From: Oopsacas minuta
Lineage: Eukaryota > Animalia > Porifera
Reading direction: 5' to 3'
Length of the DNA stretch: 64,000 bases
Assembly: GCA_024704765.1 (NCBI GenBank)
Contig: JAKMXF010000022.1
Location: 449,055 to 513,054 of the forward strand
The position numbers and the translations under genes are program-made. The notes beneath the pieces were generated by a model that made no database searches, was not told the origin of the DNA, and saw only the letters and a list, made by a program, of their open reading frames with translations. Of the stretch, positions 59,578 through 64,000 are shown in pieces; the first letter of the stretch is position 1, and each line of letters begins with the position of its first letter.

Positions 59578-60178
59578 CTAAAGAATAGACAAACATAAAT
59601 AATTGTAACTCACTGGTATATTGTCTAATTATTTTCAATATATCTAGTCTATACGCAAGGAAATTACAGTATTTATGCATACATTCGTATGTTATATTTA
59701 AGAGGGACAAATATTAATATACAGTTATACACGTAGAAATGAGCTATACACTAATAGAGCCCAGTTCATATATATTTTTATGGAATTACTCTAGGGGTCC
59801 GGTCCGAATAAACCGGGGGGTTGGTCCTTAGAGTAGAGTCTATCTATCCAAGATCCTGTAACCCGGATCAGGGACTATTTGTCTACGAACAGCAAAGTTG
59901 GATACTTTTTTAGTAGCAAGAATATAGCTCAAAAGTGTTATTAATAGTACGTATTATTGAAAATATACTACATAAATACAATAATGTAATTAATATATAA
60001 ACATTAAGAACTCAGTAAATTACAATTACATAATAAAGTTGACATAATCATACAAAATACATTATTTTATATTAAACTTTGCTATGTAAATAATATCATA
60101 TTTATAATTGTTAACTAAGTGAATTGTAGAAAACTCGAAGCGATATAGACAAAAACTCTGTAGAGATAGTATACAAGT

Positions 60179-62938
60179 TTAAATCGGAGATACTTGTGGA
60201 TTATCGTCATCAAAAGGATCGCTAGCATCTATCTCTATATCTGGAAGAGAAGTTGACTCTGTAGAGCTGACACGCCATGAACTGAGACGTTGAAGAATTG
60301 ACTCAAAATTTATCCTCTTACCAGGATCCATATCCCAACATTCTAGCATGAGAGAGTAAATTAATTGAGGACAATTATCTGGCTTTGAGAGGATCTCTCC
60401 TCCTTTCACCTTTTCGATAACTTGCTCATTTGTGAATCCGTACCAGGGTTGCATCGCGAAAGAGAACACCTCCCACATTAGTACACCGAACGACCAAATG
60501 TCTGTTTGAATGGTAGCCTTACCGTACATGATTGCTTCAGGTGCCATCCATTTTATCGGGAGAAGTGCTTCTTTCCCAATTCTATAATAATCCGATTTAT
60601 AAACATCTTTACTCATTCCAAAGTCTCCAATCTTGACAACCAGATTCTTCCCAACTAAACAATTCCTCGTAGCTAGGTCACGGTGTACAAAACTTCTCAT
60701 AGCCAAATAGTGCATTCCTGAAGCTATCTGATTTGAAATGTTAACCAAGTCACTAGCGGATAGGACAGGGGGGTCATCAGAAAGTTCACTCTCCGTCCGT
60801 GATCTAGCTGGACAGGGAATGTTATTGAAACGCTTGATATAGCTACTAGCACATCCCCTTAGATAATTGTTGAGATCTCCTTTCTCCATGTATTCGAACA
60901 AGAGACAGAGAGGAGCTGATTTGTCTTTGAAAGAAACTCCTAAAAGTTGTAAAATATTTGGATGATCAAATCGGAGCATGATATCTGCTTCGCGTTCAAA
61001 GTCCATTCTATTCTTCATTGTAGCTCCATCATGTAGAGTCTTAACCGCGATTAATGTAACTTTCTCTCCAGGAATTATAGATTTAGCTTCTGCAAGGTCA
61101 ACAGAGCCAAATTGTCCTTGTCCTAGTTTCCGTAGAAATCGAACAGCTGATCGAGGAAACTCTTTCCTATCAGTCATAGTAGTTTTGGTATTGAAAGGAA
61201 GATAGAATTGATTTTCAGCTACTTTGCTCTCTGTGAACTTTGAACTGCAGAATTGTGGTTTGTTGACCTGTCTATAGTACATAACACATAGTACTATTAT
61301 ACCAATGACGATTACCACAATCACAACGAATATGATTATAATCCCAATTATCAGAGGAAGTGTACTTGATTCTGTAGGCTGAGGCCCTTCAGTCACGCCC
61401 TCAGATGTTGTTATAAGGTCAAGAGACAAGATTGCTTTGATTCCCAGGGGCACACAGGTTTCAGGAGATGATGTGATATCATTGCACTCATGGACCCAAG
61501 GGAATCCTCTGTAGAGATCACTTACACTGAACATATTCCAGGCCTCCTTACAGTTACTGTACCAAAAATCTAGACAGTCTGCTTTACAGTAGTCATCGAA
61601 GGGAGAAACTATTCTTATCGGGTCATCAGTCGGAGTACATCGACGGAACAAGTTATTGCACAGATACGTCATGCCTGCTCTGTAGCAAGGATCAAATTCG
61701 TTTGATGAAGTGAGGGAAAGGAGCAGGTTTTTGAGGGCGTAGGCCTGATCATCTAATTCAGCGCTTTGTGAGTAGTAGCTAGGAGTGTTGTTGAGAAATG
61801 GTGAGCACTCATTCATGGTAACGATAGCACAGCTAGAAACGGGTTCCACGGTTATAACTGGATTGACATTTAGTTTAATTCCCTTCCTATCAGATGTTAT
61901 TGTGCCATTAGGACGGTTATAAGATCTACAGAAGTACAGACCCTCATCACTAGTAGATACAGTATCAAATATTAGAGTATTGCCATCATGTATATTAACA
62001 GCATCTTCAAAGTTTCCTGATATAGTCAATGCCTTAAACCATTCAAACTCTGGATCTGGATAACCATATGCATTGCAATTGAGAACGATACTCTCTCCCT
62101 CAGTAACATTTCTAGATTCTGGAAAACTGTATATAGTTGCAGCTACGTGTTCTTCAACTAGAATCTCATTTGATACTTTGAACTTAGATTCACCATTAAT
62201 ACTACAGAAAGAAAGAATACGGAATTGAATATTATCGCCAAGAGACAATCCACTTAGTGTATATGAATAAGATCCAGCTTTTTCATCTATAATGTTGAGA
62301 ACCCGCTGTTCGAGATAAAGCCATTCGAGAGAGTTAGGTCCCTCTGATGAACTGCTCCAAAATCTGTAGGATATGTTGAAAAAGGTAAGGCAGTGTGGAC
62401 CGTTGTGTGGGAACACTTCCCAGTTCAATATAACATCCCCTTGAGTTGGAGAAGACAGATCAAATGCAGACGGTTTAGGAGGCGATTTCTTTATATTCGC
62501 ATCGTCAATAGGGGTTTGTGTTGAAGGATCAGTAGTATATACGTAAGTAGTGGATGCAGTATCAACAACAGTCACCAATGTAAAAGAGTTTCCTAAGGTA
62601 CCTGGTAGTACGCAAGTAACGAGATAAGCTCCAGTAGCATTAAAAAATCCTGTCAACGTGGAGTTCTTCCATTCAGAATCGCCCTTAGATGGGCCTTGTG
62701 TATTGGTTATATTGAAATTTTCGTTTGTATCGCTAATTATTGAATCTTGACTATAGATTTTGTAGTTCCATATGAAATCCACGTCTACATCTGTAAGAAT
62801 TTTAAAGCTTAGACTGAATGGCTCATTAATCAATACTTCAAGAGTTCTCTCAGGAAAAATTTTTTCAGATCGTACAATGTCAAAAAGTGAAAACAGCTGA
62901 AGCAATACAACCAAGAAGAAAGGTGGGATCAATTTCAT
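60179..62938 (-). CDS. Receptor tyrosine kinase of the MuSK/ROR/Trk group (Ig-like, FN3, Ig, Frizzled CRD, TM, TK), intronless, ~919 aa
   Basis: ATG at 62938 (MKLIPPFFLVVLL signal peptide); LNCNAYGYPDPEFEW...DEGLYFC Ig domain; Cys-rich Fz domain; LGQGQFG, HRDLATRNCLV, DFGMSKDVYKSDYYR, LPIKWMAPE. Confidence 0.92.
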   Translation of the reverse strand: MKLIPPFFLVVLLQLFSLFDIVRSEKIFPERTLEVLINEPFSLSFKILTDVDVDFIWNYKIYSQDSIISDTNENFNITNTQGPSKGDSEWKNSTLTGFFNATGAYLVTCVLPGTLGNSFTLVTVVDTASTTYVYTTDPSTQTPIDDANIKKSPPKPSAFDLSSPTQGDVILNWEVFPHNGPHCLTFFNISYRFWSSSSEGPNSLEWLYLEQRVLNIIDEKAGSYSYTLSGLSLGDNIQFRILSFCSINGESKFKVSNEILVEEHVAATIYSFPESRNVTEGESIVLNCNAYGYPDPEFEWFKALTISGNFEDAVNIHDGNTLIFDTVSTSDEGLYFCRSYNRPNGTITSDRKGIKLNVNPVITVEPVSSCAIVTMNECSPFLNNTPSYYSQSAELDDQAYALKNLLLSLTSSNEFDPCYRAGMTYLCNNLFRRCTPTDDPIRIVSPFDDYCKADCLDFWYSNCKEAWNMFSVSDLYRGFPWVHECNDITSSPETCVPLGIKAILSLDLITTSEGVTEGPQPTESSTLPLIIGIIIIFVVIVVIVIGIIVLCVMYYRQVNKPQFCSSKFTESKVAENQFYLPFNTKTTMTDRKEFPRSAVRFLRKLGQGQFGSVDLAEAKSIIPGEKVTLIAVKTLHDGATMKNRMDFEREADIMLRFDHPNILQLLGVSFKDKSAPLCLLFEYMEKGDLNNYLRGCASSYIKRFNNIPCPARSRTESELSDDPPVLSASDLVNISNQIASGMHYLAMRSFVHRDLATRNCLVGKNLVVKIGDFGMSKDVYKSDYYRIGKEALLPIKWMAPEAIMYGKATIQTDIWSFGVLMWEVFSFAMQPWYGFTNEQVIEKVKGGEILSKPDNCPQLIYSLMLECWDMDPGKRINFESILQRLSSWRVSSTESTSLPDIEIDASDPFDDDNPQVSPI

Positions 62939-63959
62939 TTCAAGTTGGTTGATAAGTTCAGCTAAATTCAATACAACAAAAGATTACTACTGTCTGAATT
63001 AACAGTTTAATGTATTTATCATAATTTGTAGCAATTCTAGTACGCATATGACAGATTGAAGGCTGAATCAGTGTATTACAATTTTACGTCAATTTAATTG
63101 CTACGGGTTGAGAATCCTGATATTACCATAGCTCGCATGTTAATCGACAAACTGCCTCTTCGGCTGCGGGTGTATCAATAAACTGGCTTCATTTGCCAAT
63201 TAAACTCTCTCTATTTATTATGTATTGACACGCAACTAAGGATGCTTATAGAAGAGATGGCAACAAAGTTGAACAGCGAACTTTTCTAATCTATTCAAGA
63301 TAATATAAAGTTAAGTGGTTTCTAACCACAAATACCAATTAATTGTTCCAGTTGCTAGATAAGATAATATTTTACCTTCCCAGATTATTTATCTGTAAAG
63401 AATTATATGTGAACGTTTTCGTTTGTGTATGAATATACTTGGAGTACTCCAATGAGAAAAGATAGTGTATACCGGTTATAACACACCATGTAAAGGAAAC
63501 ATTCAATTCCTGTTATAACGAACTCGGATAAAACGAAATGCCCGATTATATCAAATCATCGAAATAAGTAAATTATTGTTATCCACCCTTTCTCTTGAAC
63601 TCAGGTCATATAAGTCATGTGAGAGTAATTTTGTGGTGAAAATTTCATCATTTATATTCAATTCATATTCAACTGAATTTAAATAATATGTGACAAAATA
63701 CTGATGGTCAAAAAATTGTCAAAACAATATAAAGATGATATGTTAAATTACAACATGAAGCGTATATTATAAGAATTCAGAATTGACCAGAAACCTGTCA
63801 TTACAAACAACTCAACTGCTAGACAATGACAAGGATTGTAGACTCATAGAAGAGTGGATCAATTTATTAATACAGTAGCACTAGTAGCCGCCGGATGCTA
63901 GCCCGGTATTCTCACGAGGAGCTAGTCGGTAGATAAGAAACCATATATAGTATACTAAC

Positions 63960-64000
63960 CTGTAGCTCATCCTTTCGTCTAAGTAACTGGTCCATAACAA
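63960..64000 (-). other. Possible coding exon end of a gene lying outside the window
   Basis: Minus strand reads VMDQLLRRKDELQ followed by CAG|GTTAGT; too short to identify. Confidence 0.25.

Noticed and set aside
1-64000. tRNA, rRNA or prokaryotic operon features
   Set aside because: No cloverleaf or rRNA-like sequence noticed by eye; the window is spliced eukaryotic DNA. A tRNAscan-SE or Infernal run would be needed to exclude small RNAs.

Overview
AT-rich animal genomic DNA with short GT-AG introns, mostly 55-110 nt. The compact, intron-poor style suggests an early-branching animal such as a glass sponge; this is an inference only. Bases 1-39.4 kb hold three tandem plus-strand adhesion GPCR paralogues (A, 5' partial; B; C). 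Their architecture is signal peptide, C-type-lectin-like domain, FN3 repeats (B 12, C 26, A at least 5), Ig, GAIN/GPS, 7TM and a long disordered tail. The FN3 arrays are built from symmetric phase-1 exons that have been shuffled and homogenised within and between paralogues, always keeping a strict two-domain register. One GAIN-domain intron of gene C contains a nested, antisense, three-exon gene for a kinase-less DDR-like (discoidin) membrane protein that the ORF track shows only as fragments. Bases 40-63 kb hold mostly intronless conserved genes: ADSL, PLBD2, an RDH-type SDR, an NHL protein, exportin-7, an RI-like LRR protein, a NuMA-like gene with a 1-nt frameshift, a TRPA-like channel and a MuSK/Trk/ROR-type RTK. 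All splice models were inferred by eye from GT-AG sites and frame continuity; no transcript or database evidence was available.
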